A DNA stretch of 58,525 nt, the filler included, from Basidiobolus ranarum (lineage: Eukaryota): assembly GCA_040143965.1 (NCBI GenBank). It is 6 parts of 6 records of this genome, joined end to end, with 100 filler letters (N's around TTAATTAATTAA, not from the genome) between each part and the next. Parts side by side here need not be neighbours in the genome. Positions count along the whole stretch, not along the records: positions 1 to 9,707 come from JASJQH010007667.1; positions 9,808 to 19,495 come from JASJQH010007668.1; 4 more parts are not named here. One strand, written 5' to 3'. Positions 1 through 13,839 of the stretch are shown here, piece after piece. The notes under the pieces are model-generated. The model saw nothing but the letters and a program-made list of their open reading frames with translations. It searched no databases and was not told the DNA's origin. The stretch's first letter is position 1, and the number at the start of each line of letters is the position of its first letter. Position numbers and translations under genes: made by a program.

Positions 1-66
1 TATTTGTGTTGTATGACTTGAGATAAATAAAGATTACACCTTCTGGTGCTTTTCATCCCCCTAATC

Positions 67-201
67 CTTTTTGCAATGGCTGTAACCACTGACTTAGATT
101 GTTGATATGTTGACTCTGGCGCATCTATCCATATTACTCATCATCGGGATTGGTATAATCGCTACAAATTGATACCAGTCAAGAGAGTCTACATGGTTGA
201 T
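67..201 (+). mobile_element. Degenerate Ty1/copia retrotransposon pol fragment (aspartic protease region)
   Basis: The frame of ORF 169 reads LFAMAVTTDLDC*YVDSGASIHITHHRDWYNRYKLIPVKRVYMVD. This matches the copia protease signature W-x-x-DSGA(S/T)-x-H-x-T-x-x-R-x-W(F/Y); the Trp codon has become TGA (103-105). Similarity stops near 200. Confidence 0.8.
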
Positions 202-1120
202 ATATTCTGGATGTGGAGATTTAATACAGTTGTCTTAATGCTAAATCGATCTATGCAATCTTTCAACATGTTAGCTATGCAATCTCCGACAACAGTGACC
301 CTTTATTACCCCAGCGCGACTAATCATGAAATTTCATCTGGTTTGACATGGTACTTCTGATTAGTTACCAGAATACCTTACAGACGCCAAACTCAAAATC
401 AGCCCTTGATGTATATTCTTTCCGGGTTGCAACGCGCTACAGATACTTTTTTTATTTATTAATTACACCCTGAAGCCAAGTAGAAGTATTCCCACAGCAG
501 TGTGCGTATGCGCTACAGCCATAAGAAACTAATATAATGATTGCCTAATATCAATCGGTTGCGTATATTTGAAACGATTTCTTGGTCGTCCTAAGTGAAA
601 ATCAAGACTGAGAAGAGTGTACTTGATTTCTAGTTTTGCAATCACACTGATATCAATATGACATTAATAAATACAAAATGTATTTAGGGAAACCAAGCGG
701 TGTTTTCGGATATCGCAAATTTCCAGCTCCGAATTATTTATTATTATTGCAATGTATAATTCACAAAAAGAACTTGAATGAGACAACCGTTTACTCATTT
801 ACGATACTCACTCATGACAGCCCCAAGACACATGACCTGTATATCACGCCATGGATGTTAATCTATTGTGTGGGTTGTCAAGTGTATGTCTTGTTAGTTG
901 CAACTGTTCGTTTGGAGCATAGGACGCTTCAGCTTATTTTGAACTATTTTATTTCAATTACAATATACATTTTGAAGTCGCTTAATTTACAGAGAGCTTG
1001 GGCAGGTTTGTCCTGGTGCAAGACAAGATTCAGAGTAGTAAAGAAGATTAGATTCGTAGGTGAATGGAGCTTGTTAGATTCACGTATTTCAGAGACCGAA
1101 GTAGAAAATTGGGCTATATT

Positions 1121-1480
1121 TTAGCACATAAGTGGTATATTCAATTCTCCATTTTGGTCCTTTTTAATTTTGATCATGTCAACGATATGCTTACGCTTCA
1201 GCTCACCATAGTAGCAAGGCATGATATCTGTTTCATTCTCAAGTGTGACCTTCTTCCAGCGGATATCACTAGAGATCCATTCGTAATCGATTTTCAACAA
1301 CAAGAGTTCGCGGAAAACGCTGTAAAAATTGCGAATGATCATTGGGATTTGCTCAGGTCGAGCAAGCAAGATGTATCCGGAAAGAACATCATAACCAGTA
1401 GGAGAGACAACTTCATTGCAATCCTCTGACTCGGACAAATAACCTGGGAACACTACTTTGTAGACGGCAACAGTGGACAT
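1121..1480 (-). CDS. Divergent DUF952-family protein (119 aa, intronless)
   Basis: ATG at 1480, with an AT-rich TATA-like run at about 1550-1560. The sequence VYKVV...YDVLSGYILLARPEQIPMIIRNFY...LLLLKID...DIRWK...MPCYYGEL...IV follows the DUF952 layout YKI...D..DGFIHLST.EQ...FF...LVLL.ID...LRWE...FPHLYG.L...V. Confidence 0.65.
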   Translation of the reverse strand: MSTVAVYKVVFPGYLSESEDCNEVVSPTGYDVLSGYILLARPEQIPMIIRNFYSVFRELLLLKIDYEWISSDIRWKKVTLENETDIMPCYYGELKRKHIVDMIKIKKDQNGELNIPLMC

Positions 1481-4400
1481 ATTCGTTGGTTGTTGAGATG
1501 AATGGTGCAGTAATGAATGTGATTGTGGATTCTTTCGATCCAAGCTACGAATATATATACCTATCGCTTATCCGAATTCTCACACTCAACGACCACTTAT
1601 CACGATATCGTCGTTCATCGTTTGTTTCGCTTTAGGTTACATGCAAACTGGAGTCGATTATTGTCAATACCAAGACTTGATTAGAAGGACGCATTTGGCT
1701 TGAATTGCATCAATAACCCCACGAGATTAAGCTCGTTGGGTATAGTTACACTTGGTAAAGTTACATTCACACTCTTGACTCATTGATGTACCTTGGATGT
1801 AATGAATACTATGCCATTCTTGACGGAAATTCTGAAATTCAAGATATTTAGTTCATGATTATTAGTTACAGACTTATATTAATAACTTCGATATAAAGTA
1901 ACTGGTTTTGGTGCAGCTTATACCTTGCGAAAAAGGAAATTGGTGTGCGTCCCAAGTCAAATCGCTTCGCCAGATTAGGTGTCATTACGCTGGGACCTAT
2001 GACAGTAGCAAACGATTGTGGAGTGCACAAGTAATCCGGTTTACTTACTTCTACTCCCATTTGCCGACTTCATTGCCAATGCGCAATAGAGAGAAGGTCC
2101 TAACAAACAAACGAGATGCCACACGAACCACTAGTATGAGACGAGTACAGAGTCTCCTCGTAAAATGGGCTTGCATCAAAGCAATACGCTGTGTTTCAAA
2201 AACGGTGTTCATATTTGAAGTCTGTAACACTACAGCAGTAACCTCCATATTACGAATCAACAATTGCTTGCACTGTTGCTAACTGACCTTCACTAGGTTT
2301 TAGATCTCAATCGGCATTATAGCACTTGAATTGTAGCATTAGAAGGATTTAGTTTCCTTAACAGACATTTGAGAGTACGATGTGACCACCGACTCTACGC
2401 ATCTCCACATCTCATTGGTGTATTTAGAGAGGAATGTGTGAAAGCCCTTGGCTAATCTCATTTTGTCGTATGCAGTTGGACGTGATGTGCATGCGAGTTG
2501 GGTGATAACATCCCGAAGTCAAGATAGGTAAAAGAGTTTCCCAAGACGAGAGGTTGAGGTTCAATAGTTGATGGCTCAAAAACGTTACAATCTTATCAAT
2601 ATCATTGGGTACATTAAGCAAGAAACCTTAACATCCATTCTTTCTGTAGCGGGTTCCATTCGTGATACGTGATTCCTCCTACGGCTCGGAACGCAAGAGC
2701 GAATACAAGTTACTCTAGATAACATGCCATTGTCCTCAGATCACGGATTTTCAAATGTGCTTTCACTCATCATAATTTAAGCATCTGATGTTGTATGGGA
2801 GCTTTCATACAAATGAGACGATTCGATTGGGTTCGTACTATTATGAAGCCCAAAATTACTGGCTATTCTTATTGAAGTGAAACCATGTATTGCCTATGAA
2901 TGCAGCCATTGGACTAGGATTGAAACCATGGCTTGTGTTTTTTGAATCTACCGAGCTCTGATCCTTGTTTTAGACTACTTAGAGGCTACTTAGTTCGTAA
3001 TAGCTGGGATTGCCTGATCACAGGTTGGCACCACCTTGAAACTAACGATTCTAAAAATTGGCATTCGTCATTAAAGAAGATTTGGTCACATCGATTCGGA
3101 GATCCATTTGCCAGCATTTTCATGGCACAGACTGCTAGGGCTAGGGTACTAATCAAGCGATTTTTCCTAATATGGACCTTATAACCTACACAGAATGAAT
3201 GGTTGCCATTTCAAGGTACATAGCAATAGAAAGAAATATGGTGATTTCCCTTCCTCCACGAAACCTTTTCCGTGTCTTCTCTGAAAACCGCGTGCTTGTT
3301 CCTGGTCCAATGGAGTATTGCTCGATAGATTTGTTTGTGTAAAGGCGTGAGTTACACCAGAGCTCCTTGGTGTAAAGTTATTTTGGGTACTATTTGGAGA
3401 CTGTGGTGTTCACCTTTGATTGATAATGTAGCTGGGAAAAGTGCAATTAGTATCACACACCAACCAGTACCTGTATACTGAAGTGAATTGAGTTCGCTAT
3501 AATGGATTAAGCATATATATTGTGTATGTGTAAACCATGATAGTTTTGTGGTCATCTTACGCGCAGTCTGCCCTTTTTAAAGCATAAATACATGAGAATG
3601 AAAGGGATAATTACAGGAAGCTCGTCCAAATGGTTTGCCAACCTCCAAGAGATGATTCGTTACTTCTGCATCACCAATCTCATATTATAATATGCACCCT
3701 AGAATCTATATCATCTCTAACTAGGTTCGTACTAAGCATAAGAACATGCTTAGTTTAAACTCTCTTGTATAAATACCAGCTTAACACTGCTCACATGTGA
3801 TGCTTTCTGGTTAAAAAGCAACATAACCTGGACGAAAACCTGAGCAATAGTGCAATACCGGTCATGGGCAAGAAAAACGCCCACTGTACCATCTGACATA
3901 TTTATATATGGTGTTTGTGTATTTTAGCAGTAGGAAGGAATTCTCATTGTTTTACATCTCTATCAATATGTATGTTTTCTCTCTGATCCCATTGGAAAGT
4001 TGACATCACATACTACCTATCCAGTTACATTGGGGATTCACCCCATTTAACACCAATTCGCAACACCTGTATCACACACGAATCATTTCCAATGTAGAGA
4101 GCATCCAGTATATAACCGATCTTTACAGATGAATCAACGATAATCTTTGTGAGTTCCTTTTCGAAATTAGGGTCCTATGAGCCTGTATCAGGTGTATTTG
4201 TGTATTGACAGAATTATCTGATGTTGGTGTAGGTTTAGTATTATGGAAGATCTTACTTGAGAGGAGTGGTAGAAATGTTGAGATAATTAAATGGGCTGCA
4301 TTTCGGATTACGGTATGCAGCAAGTATCTGCAATGAGCGAAACTATGAAAGTGGATTCCATTTTAAGAAGCTCATTAGATGTTTACCCATGCATCTGGGG

Positions 4401-5884
4401 GACTTTGACCTTGGATTAAATGTGCCAAGAGCCACACTACTCAGCCCTAGAATAGCTCTTTGCAAGCTATCTTTAGCATGGGTTGTGATAGTAGCATAGC
4501 AAATATATGCAATAACAGGAAGAGCCGTAGTATATTATTTTGCTTTCTGGTTGTGGAGTCAGGCCAATTGGTAAAACACTCTTTCATACTTATTACATTC
4601 ACTGCCAAAATAGAAGGGTTAGCATTCATAATATGTATCTTATTGTATTGTCATTACTGTATGCTCGCCCTCTGGGCTTGGACTCCCCATCGTATGAAGA
4701 TATAGATATGTCAAAGCTAAACACTGTGTATATATTTATGACTTGCTGACAGATAGCAGTTGCCTTTTGTTGGACCAAACAGTGCTGTGTACACATGATT
4801 AGTTCTTGTATTTTAAAACTTTGTACAGCCCAATTTATCACAATCCAATACTCTCAAGTATGATCAGCTTGCTAAGCTGTGTTGAAATATATTGAATCAA
4901 GGTCTGACAGCTCAAGAGAAGCAGAATAGGCTTTGAAAGCATTGAATTCACCAGTAACAGCTACTGAGTACATACAAATACGCCGGATTGCCGCTATAAG
5001 AGTGCGCCTTTGTCTTCAGATGTGGGACAATAGTTTCATCAATGATGAAAGTATAATAAATGTTTCTTTATTCAAATCCATTTTTCAACGACTGTCAGTC
5101 TTTTGCTGTCCAAGAGTGAATGTTAGCAGAACTAGAAATCTCTTGTAAATCAATAGCGGGTGGGGCGCAGTCTAATGGATGTTGAAACTACCAAGTAGAA
5201 TATCCAAACTTACCACTTGCACCAAAATATGAATCCCTGATGACATGATAGGAGGATTGAAACGATTGATCTGTCTAGTCAAGATCAATATATTCCAGCA
5301 TCCAGCTTGCGCCCCTCCCTTGTTTAAGAGGTTGGCAAATAATTGGTTGAACTCAATAGAAATGGATATTGGGACAATGATGTATAATGACCGAATGGGC
5401 TTGATGTGGTCTCAGAATTTTGATAATGATTTATACAATAGACTGTATGGTCGGTTTTAAAGAGAAAATCAATACTTGTTCATTAGGAATTGGTAACGAT
5501 AGCGTGACCCAAAATCAAACATTCATGATGTAAGAGAAACAAACATGTGTATAAGACTGATTTGCGGACATTTGTTAGGCTACATTGGGGAAATGGAGGA
5601 GCAGAAGGTCAAACCAAATGGTATATACATTGGAAAAAAATGGACACAAAGTCGAATGTATGCAGTAATAAAGGTCAATATAAAGATTCAACGGTACATA
5701 TACAAATGAATGAAAGTGAAATATGGATAGAATCTTGCTTGAAAGTTCTTTAGATAGCAAAGCATAGGTTCGATCTGTCACGCGGGAAATAGTCTGCTTA
5801 ATACTACACTGTTCTGGTGTCTTCGCGCCCGGAAAAATTGTTCTGCTGTTGGTGGTCAGTAAATTGGTTCATTCTCGAAATGGT

Positions 5885-7093
5885 TCAGTAATCACTACTT
5901 TGCTTTTGCTTCTTCCAGTGCTTCCTTAGCTCCTTGAACTCCGATGGTAGTCTCTTTATCCCATGCTTTTGCATGGTCACATGGGCATTTAGGTGGTTCA
6001 AGGTGCCATAGCTTTTCGTACAACCGGAATGATTGCAGCTGTAAAGCCGTTCAATTTCGTCAAATTTTCTACGAGGTCGTTTCTTTCCATTGACACCGGG
6101 CAATGATACGAAAGAAAACATCCTCTTTTCATCCCTACTATATTCATCCGCACTACCGAATGCCGGTGAATTAGGTAATGGCTGACGGTGATCCATGGTT
6201 AATGCCTCTACCATAGAAGGTAGAATAGGATGCTTGCTAACACCAGTAGAGCTTCCTGGCTTTGCTACCGATTGATAGGGCTGTGAAGCTGGGTGTCGGT
6301 TCATCAGTGGTGGTAATACTTGGGCCACACTTGTTGTCATATGGTTTTCTGATCTAAAAGAGGGGGCTAACGGTGAGATGGCATGTGTGAACTGTGTGTT
6401 CTTTGGTGTAGAAGCACTTTCAGTTGAAGAGACTCCTGATGAAAGTAAGGACTCCTTTGGTGATTCAACGAAGATATTGTTTAGCGTTTCAGAGAGTGGT
6501 GGTAAGGATGGAGGAGGAGTGGTAACTCTTGGTGATGGGGACCAGTTAGATGCAGATGTATATGAAGATGATCTACTTAAGTCACTGCGTTGTGGACTGG
6601 AACAAAGGTTGGTGTTCTCCGAGCTAATTCTAGGCAAATTAAAAGAGGAATCGATTGAGGAACTTCGTAGAGGTGTTGAGTAAACGTTTTCTCTTGTATC
6701 GTACGAATCTACAGAAAGAGAATGGTGTTGCTTCCGAAGGTGAGGGGTCTTCTGGTACCGATAGGATGGCTGTATATAGTTCTCAGTAGACTGAGAGGGG
6801 TTAGTCTTGGGAGCAGGTGTATACTGTGAAGAGATCGGAGAAGTTGGATTCGGCCGAGAAAGCATTGTTTGCTCAGTTTTAGGGAAGCCTGTCCCCGATT
6901 TGGAAGAATTCAAGAATGGTACTCGGGAAATGGTGTCTGGGTAAGTACACGAATGTTTGGCATAATGCGAGTCAGCCAATTCGTGCTTCATCGAGTGTAC
7001 GTGTTGAACTTCTATTGAAGCTTTCTGGTATTCGGTGGAGTAGCTCATACCGTGGCTGTGACTGGAGTGATTGTAATCAAGAGAGAGTGACAT
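5885..7093 (-). CDS. Con7-type single C2H2 zinc-finger transcription factor (402 aa)
   Basis: Long Ser/Pro-rich ORF ending in KRPRRKFDEIERLYSCNHSGCTKSYGTLNHLNAHVTMQKHGIKRLPSEFKELRK, the motif typical of fungal Con7-like factors. Confidence 0.9.
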   Translation of the reverse strand: MSLSLDYNHSSHSHGMSYSTEYQKASIEVQHVHSMKHELADSHYAKHSCTYPDTISRVPFLNSSKSGTGFPKTEQTMLSRPNPTSPISSQYTPAPKTNPSQSTENYIQPSYRYQKTPHLRKQHHSLSVDSYDTRENVYSTPLRSSSIDSSFNLPRISSENTNLCSSPQRSDLSRSSSYTSASNWSPSPRVTTPPPSLPPLSETLNNIFVESPKESLLSSGVSSTESASTPKNTQFTHAISPLAPSFRSENHMTTSVAQVLPPLMNRHPASQPYQSVAKPGSSTGVSKHPILPSMVEALTMDHRQPLPNSPAFGSADEYSRDEKRMFSFVSLPGVNGKKRPRRKFDEIERLYSCNHSGCTKSYGTLNHLNAHVTMQKHGIKRLPSEFKELRKHWKKQKQSSDY

Positions 7094-9707
7094 TTATTCT
7101 GCTACTTACTGGGGATTCACACCAGTATGATATCTATAAATGGTGTGTTGGATGTGTATTTAGTCTACGAGATGTGCTGATTGAAGGTAATAAGCGTGGT
7201 GAAGTTGAGTAATGAAATGGCACTTTAACAAAGGCAAACGATGAACTAATTTGTGAATTCATCGGTGATTCCGTCCTTTATATGCGATTTCCTCCATGCT
7301 GGGCTCTCCTAACATCCATGCAGCCCATCAGGCTGCCAATGAAGAGCTGTACTTGAGAGCTATATAATAGAGCAAATTATTAATACATTGACAATTTATT
7401 CAAGAATCTATTGTAGAATAATGGAAATGAGATCAAAATCAAAGTGATGAACCAATATCAAATCATCCAAAACTTCCCTCTAACCAATTCAAATATAGTA
7501 TTTTGCAACGGGTTTTACAAAAGCGGCCATAGTGCAAGTGCACCGAGTGATAGTTATGCCTGGGCACCAATTTAGATCAGAGTGAAATATACAGAAAATG
7601 GTTACACGCGGTTGTTTGGGGATGAATTAAAATCTAACTAAGGAGAAGGTGGATCAAAGCAAATCAACTGGTACCATTACTTGGTCATAACGTCACTGAT
7701 AAAATGGATGTACGCCCATTGGCCCAATGCTTATTTTGCAACAATTAAAATAACCCTGAGCTCTCACCCGCCTCGGCATGAATACGGAAACTTGAAGAAT
7801 CAATGGCACAACCCTTTTCGTTGCAGTTCAATGAATATCCATCATATCTAGACCGACCACAATGCCGCATTACATTATTGTGGATTGTTAAGGGGATCTA
7901 TTTAGGCAGTATTTCGTAAGAGAGACCTCAGAGAAGAAATCTGGGAAGCATCCAACAGGAGTGTGAGAGAATTGACCAATGCTGATGGAAAGCTGCGGGT
8001 GATACTTTCTCCGTAACAAAGTGACCCAAATGCTACGTTTAGATTGACGTTTACAGGGAAGATCGTAAATCTAGTCGTAAAATCCAACAAAAACACTGCC
8101 CTAAATCATGGGCCATTCTGAAAATATCTAGTTTTATCTACTGATAAGTTTAGGGGGAAATCGCTTGGAGATCCAGCCCACTTCTAAGCAATAAGGCAAT
8201 GCAAATCCATTTACGACTGCTCAATTCGCTTTTTAGAACGTTGCACATTTGAACATTTCAGCAGGTCATTAGATACTGTGTGTCAGTCCCTCCGGAAATA
8301 ATACCGGTTTACACTTGATTCGGCCCTAAGCAGGCTTCACCATCTAAATTGACATCCACTCAAGCTTTCCATACATTTATTTGCTCTATACAAATCAATC
8401 TTTTCAAATACATTTGGCCTTGCAATGTGCTGCATCTTTTATTGACTATGCAGAGTCCGGATCTGGACCGGACAAGCTCCAGATCTGCACGAAAACGCCG
8501 CAGGGCTGACTCAAGCACTGGCAATAGCAATTGAGCTGAAACTCATCTTCTAGTTCTTGTATATCGTCATTATGGACCAAATATTTTCCGGTAATCACCT
8601 GCCTCAGCGACCTCAATCTGTTCTTGAATGCTTATGCTTTGCTAACAAATGAGCGTATAATGGCTGAGTACAACGCAGCACCAAAATGACTTGCAATGGA
8701 AACATCTTATGCTTTCGATTCGACTATCTCTCGCCAACCGCACTCAATATATTAAATTGTTTCCTCACCAGATACGTAGGTAGAGAACCACAATTCCGAG
8801 GAAATACTGCTAGATGATTCATTTCCATTGAATATTGCCACTGATCTATTTTAGCCCGATCTCTCCCCGATATGGGCATATTCTTCGGCACAGCCGAATC
8901 TTATTTGCGCAGCCCACCTTCACAGGTATAGTCAGCAAAACAGCAACATTGATCAGTTTGGATGTTCAGGTGAGGGCTCAAGTGTGATGTCTTTAATCTT
9001 ACAAACATTGCTTTAAATAGCCCTCATCTAATGGACCTCACACTTGGAGAGCCGTCTAAATCTAGACAATGTGTATGTGTATTGTGTGATTCGTTCTACA
9101 GCAGATATCACTTAGCTCTACATCATATGACTACACACTGATTGGGCATCGCACTAGCCCTTGAGTGGTTTGATCCGCCTACTACGCACAATACACATGA
9201 GCTCTGGAAATACTATCCTGACTAAGCCTTTGCCATTGTGAAATTCATGCATAAGAATTCGTTTCAATTAAACATGCCATTGTCAATTGTGGCAATGAGG
9301 CATGTACACCCCCATGTGAAGTATCTAGCAGCCTCCATCCCTACATACAACTTGCTAGTTATGTTTGATCTACTCCGTTATTTTTCATTTGCAGAAAGCA
9401 GCACTCAGCATTCCCGATTTCATAGATAATCAGGTTTACGATCAGGTTTCGATGAACTTTTGAAGCTACCTCAATTATAGCTTGGTTGCGGATTTTCCCA
9501 GATAAAAAGCTTGCAAATGGGAATCTAATGCATGATACTAATTGGTTAATAAATTGAATCGGAGTTTCGCCATGAGGTCATACTTGTGCCTCATCTGTAT
9601 GATGAGCGAATCATCACCTGAATTTTACTCATCTTGATGTTTTAGTAATAGACTGGGTGATACAGAGCTATCGCACCATCCTTGTTTGTTCTCTATGAAT
9701 TAGCTAC

Positions 9708-9807
9708 NNNNNNNNNNNNNNNNNNNNNNNNNNNNNNNNNNNNNNNNNNNNTTAATTAATTAANNNNNNNNNNNNNNNNNNNNNNNNNNNNNNNNNNNNN
9801 NNNNNNN
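9708..9807. other. Artificial contig linker (N44-TTAATTAATTAA-N44)
   Basis: Six-frame-stop spacer flanked by 44 Ns on each side; identical at five positions. Confidence 0.98.
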
Positions 9808-10191
9808 GTAATTGAATATGTTCGTGCTGAAATTGCTGCCAAAAATCCACTTGACCAACTGTGTGAGAAACTGATGACCCATTGCTTGGCGCCAAATTGT
9901 GAGCTTGGTGGTATAGGTTGTGATAACATGACTGTTGTGATTGTTGGAATTCTTCATGGTAAATCTGAAGAAGAATGGTACGAATGGGTTGCCCAACGCG
10001 CTACCAACAATTCTCGCTACTATAACCCTGATGCAGCCGACAAATTCGGGAACAATCCTCCTGCTGGCACACCTACTCCTGCTGTTGTGCAAGAAACCGC
10101 CAACCCTGTGGTAGCCGATGAACAGACAAACTTAGATGCTGGAATTGAGCAAACTGATGTAAGCGTTGATGAGAAACCTTCTGCGCTTTAA
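9808..10191 (+). CDS. Protein phosphatase 2C (Ptc2/Ptc3-like), C-terminal part, 5'-truncated by contig start
   Basis: Open from 9808: VIEYVRAEIAAKNPLDQLCEKLMTHCLAPNCELGGIGCDNMTVVIVGILHGKSEEEWYEWV, containing the PP2C GxGCDNMT motif. Confidence 0.92.
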   Translation, partial: VIEYVRAEIAAKNPLDQLCEKLMTHCLAPNCELGGIGCDNMTVVIVGILHGKSEEEWYEWVAQRATNNSRYYNPDAADKFGNNPPAGTPTPAVVQETANPVVADEQTNLDAGIEQTDVSVDEKPSAL

Positions 10192-13100
10192 CCTTCTCCA
10201 CTCCCTTTCCATTCACTCTATACTATCTACTCTCCCCTCCCTCCCCCTCAACAATCGCTGATTGAATTCTTCAGACTTTTCTACTCTTTTTTTATTAGTT
10301 ACCATAACTAGTTTTACTTTCCTAGAAGTAATGCTCGTACATACCTTTTTTTCTAAATACACATTTCATTCTGCAACCTACAATGGGCCATTCATGGTTT
10401 TCGTTCAATATGAACTGTGAATATCTTATTGAAGCCACCACACCTTATAAGATGTAATTGGTAATGGAAAGAGAATTTGGTCAAAGTGTATTTTGCAGGT
10501 ATATGACATGATGGAAGATATGATGTGGGTGGGGGGAACTTAACGATGAATGTTTTTAAGTTTCTTGAAACTAATATCTCTATCTTTATACCGGTAACTA
10601 TTCTATATATCCAAGCCAAGTAATTTAGTTTATTAGCCAAATGTCACTCAGTTGAACATTGGAACATACATACATGTCAAATATCTGAATTTACAAAGAT
10701 GATTTTACCAAATTTCAAGATACCTCACTTTACTCTCACAATTTTCATGAATACAAAGTCCTCATTGATTTTCTGTGATATATATAATTTTTGGGAAACA
10801 TATCGTGCTATTTTTCTAAGTAAACAGATCATCAACACACACAAGGAAGAACTGATGTGATGAGTAATGATGATCATTATATTTGCTTTGCGATAAACAT
10901 ATTTTCATATATTCATTTTCAACTGTGTTTGTTGAAGTTCTTGGTACTGCATGGCATGTATATGATTATTTGTATTTGTAATACTTTATCTGCTGAAGCT
11001 TACTAGATCTCAAGAATGTGTTTTGAAAATATTCAGAAAAGATACGTATGAGTGTGCACTTCAATACACATGCTTCTAACATTAATGCTCCATCCAGAAT
11101 AATATTAGAAAGAATACTTGAATTTTGATTAACATACAGCTAACATAACACTATTTTCCAGCTACCTGAAAACAGAGCATTTGATAGCACAAGACTTGAC
11201 CAGGACTTGTTGCAATTGTACAAGGATCTAAATACAAGGTATCACATATAGCACTAATGACTGCATTAGTTACTGTCCTTCGTTGGATCTGGACATTTGA
11301 TAGAGGCTAGCTTTTTTGAAATAGTTGAAGTATATTAAGTGTTACAAAGCGGTTTACGCTCCATGGGTACTCTGAAGTTGATCAAGTGCCACACTATTTC
11401 ACGTGCATACATGAATGTCCAGATATGTTGAGTAATGGTTCCTCTGACTGCGGTTCACGATGTGAATACTTGTAGAAATGAATGTGTCATCTTTTATTAT
11501 TGCCATGATTTTAACCATGTGTATTGTCACAAATTCACTGACATACTAATCTTGGGGGGTTTTCAGCCAAGATAATACTCAACTCTATGTAATTTCCATT
11601 CAGAATGCAAGCTTCCTTTTCATTGTTTCCCACTACGATATGCCTAGAACTCTCAAGAGTGCAAGAGGGAATTAACAGTCTTGAGTTGGTAGTCCAATCG
11701 GAGATAACCTAATGAATGGTTACTGATTAACATATACCTGAAATGCCTGATACATCATGCTCATAAAACCCATTTGGTGCGCCAATGAGTTTGGGTTAAC
11801 CATTGTTAGTCTTTCCTTTCCTGGATTTTACAAGCAGCCATTATTCCACTAATATTATGATAGGAGGGGAGTATTGAACTCTCTGTTGCCGAAATGGGAG
11901 TGAGCTTATAGTAAGGTAACACGGACAGAGTTATAAATATACATCATACATCCCTAATCGGATAAAAGCCCGGAAAGTGGGAAAAGCAAGGCGTTTAGAA
12001 GCCCATAGCCCATTGGAAACTATCCAGTGCCGTGATGTAGAGTGCATACTGCTATTAAACTTGAGTCAATGTCATGATACTTGAAACCGTCGCAGGTGGC
12101 AATTAGTGACCATCCATATTACGTCATGCTTGGACTCAATAGTAGAGTAATGTAGCCATGTCTACATTCATCATTTTAGGAGCAAGGTACAATAAGGGGC
12201 GCTGGTTTAATTCTCTACACATGGGGCTTGCGAGATGGTGAGAATATATGATAGAAAGGGCTTGCCATGTGCACCCTAATTTTACTAATAAGTGTACATT
12301 ACCGCTCAACTTCGCATCCTGGTGAAGCGGGCTCCTTAATGTTAGTATAGTTCTAGAGAGCCGTGTGGACATCGGCGTACCAGTAATAAGTTCGGCAAGT
12401 GGATTCTACATGCATACGGTTGAATGGGAATGTGGGAGTGGCCATTATCTCTGGTGAAGAAACTGGTAATTCTCGGATATTACCTATAAAGGGAATTCTA
12501 GAGGTCCGGAGTCCAAAGATACACTTTGTTTATTATTTCGAGCATCAGTAAAGTGGTTCGGAATATCAGCAGAGGAAAATCATGGTATTGGATATGCTTA
12601 AGGCAGGAATCTCACATCCTCACTTGCTAGCAGTTTATGGTAATTTCTATCGCGATCTGTCAAATTATTGCAGTGTAGAGTAGAATCTCCGTATTTTAGG
12701 GTCAGTTCAATATGACAATATCGATACATTCGTTCGGGATTGGTGCTTCGTACAGCAGGAGGTTTAGAGTTGCGATTGGAACTCCATTCTGGCGGTTGAC
12801 AATTTATTCCACAACTGCTATCCATATGGTGGGGATTGAACGCTCTTGCTTCAGACACTGAAATAACAGGTTTTATCAGTTTCAGAAATGCACCTTTCGG
12901 GATAGCAGAAGCGTGTGAAAAGTCTCATATTGTTTCAATGAAATCCGGCAGCCTGTTGTGAGAGTTGGGCTGCTCTGATGATGAAATCATTCAATTCTAT
13001 GCATACACAAACTAAAGTAATGCTGAACTATGTAGTTTGCATGTATCATATAAGGCTGTATGTTTACCGATTATTATGGAAGCTGGGTTTCGAAAAATCA

Positions 13101-13839
13101 CCATATCCACCGCTCAGTCGATGGTTCTGGATACAAATATTCATCATTATTAAATTGTATTGTTAGACTAGTATGGATCTATCGAGGAATGAGGCTCACT
13201 TGACGTATGGGTGGTACATCGATATTGCTCCCCACTCCCGAAGCTAGTGAAATTCAGATGTTATTCTTTGTTTCGAACATTAGCGTCCGCATACTTGGCT
13301 AATTGAAGATGGAAAAGACACACGTTGATATTGAACAGCATGCTAGTCTGTAGGCTTGGCTAGCTCCTCAATACAAGAGGTTTGCTTTCTATATTCTGTG
13401 AGAGGAGTCGTGTGGCTTCTATGTTTCGTTACTGATGATAAACACTTCTTCAAGCCGCCCGTGTTATACCAAAATAGGCCATAACATTAAACTCTTAGGG
13501 AATATTAACAACGAGCGATAGGCAGGAACATTTAAGCTCTACTCGGAATTACTTTTGGGGTTGGCACATCTTCATATTCGCGATCAGAGAGGATCAGTGT
13601 GATCATATTTATTCATCACTAATTTGTTGCTCCAATTGTGGACTGTCAGATTATCTTCTATATAAAGTGCCACCACCTCCACCTGATTTTGACGTCTTGA
13701 GTCTTTTCACTTGATATACTTCTTTTTGCTCTAAGCTTTGGCCCTGTCTTGTAGTTCCAGACTTATTGAAAGGATCACACACGCGGTGCTGCTCACACTA
13801 AAGGAAATCACTGGCAACCGACCTTCCACGTGAATCAAA

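Noticed and set aside
426-520. Degenerate inverted repeat resembling a MITE
   Set aside because: Many mismatches, no clear TSD and a single copy in the window.
1900-3300. Possible decayed non-LTR retrotransposon endonuclease (isolated SDH-like word near 2735)
   Set aside because: No continuous frame or additional diagnostic motifs.
8449-8489. Nested short inverted repeats (TGCAGA/TCTGCA, GTCCGG/CCGGAC, GATCTGGA/TCCAGATC)
   Set aside because: Only 6-8 bp stems, with no evidence of transcription or conservation.
9752-9763. TTAATTAATTAA recurring five times at about 9.7-kb spacing as a biological repeat or regulatory site
   Set aside because: Always centred in 88 Ns; it is an artificial six-frame-stop linker.
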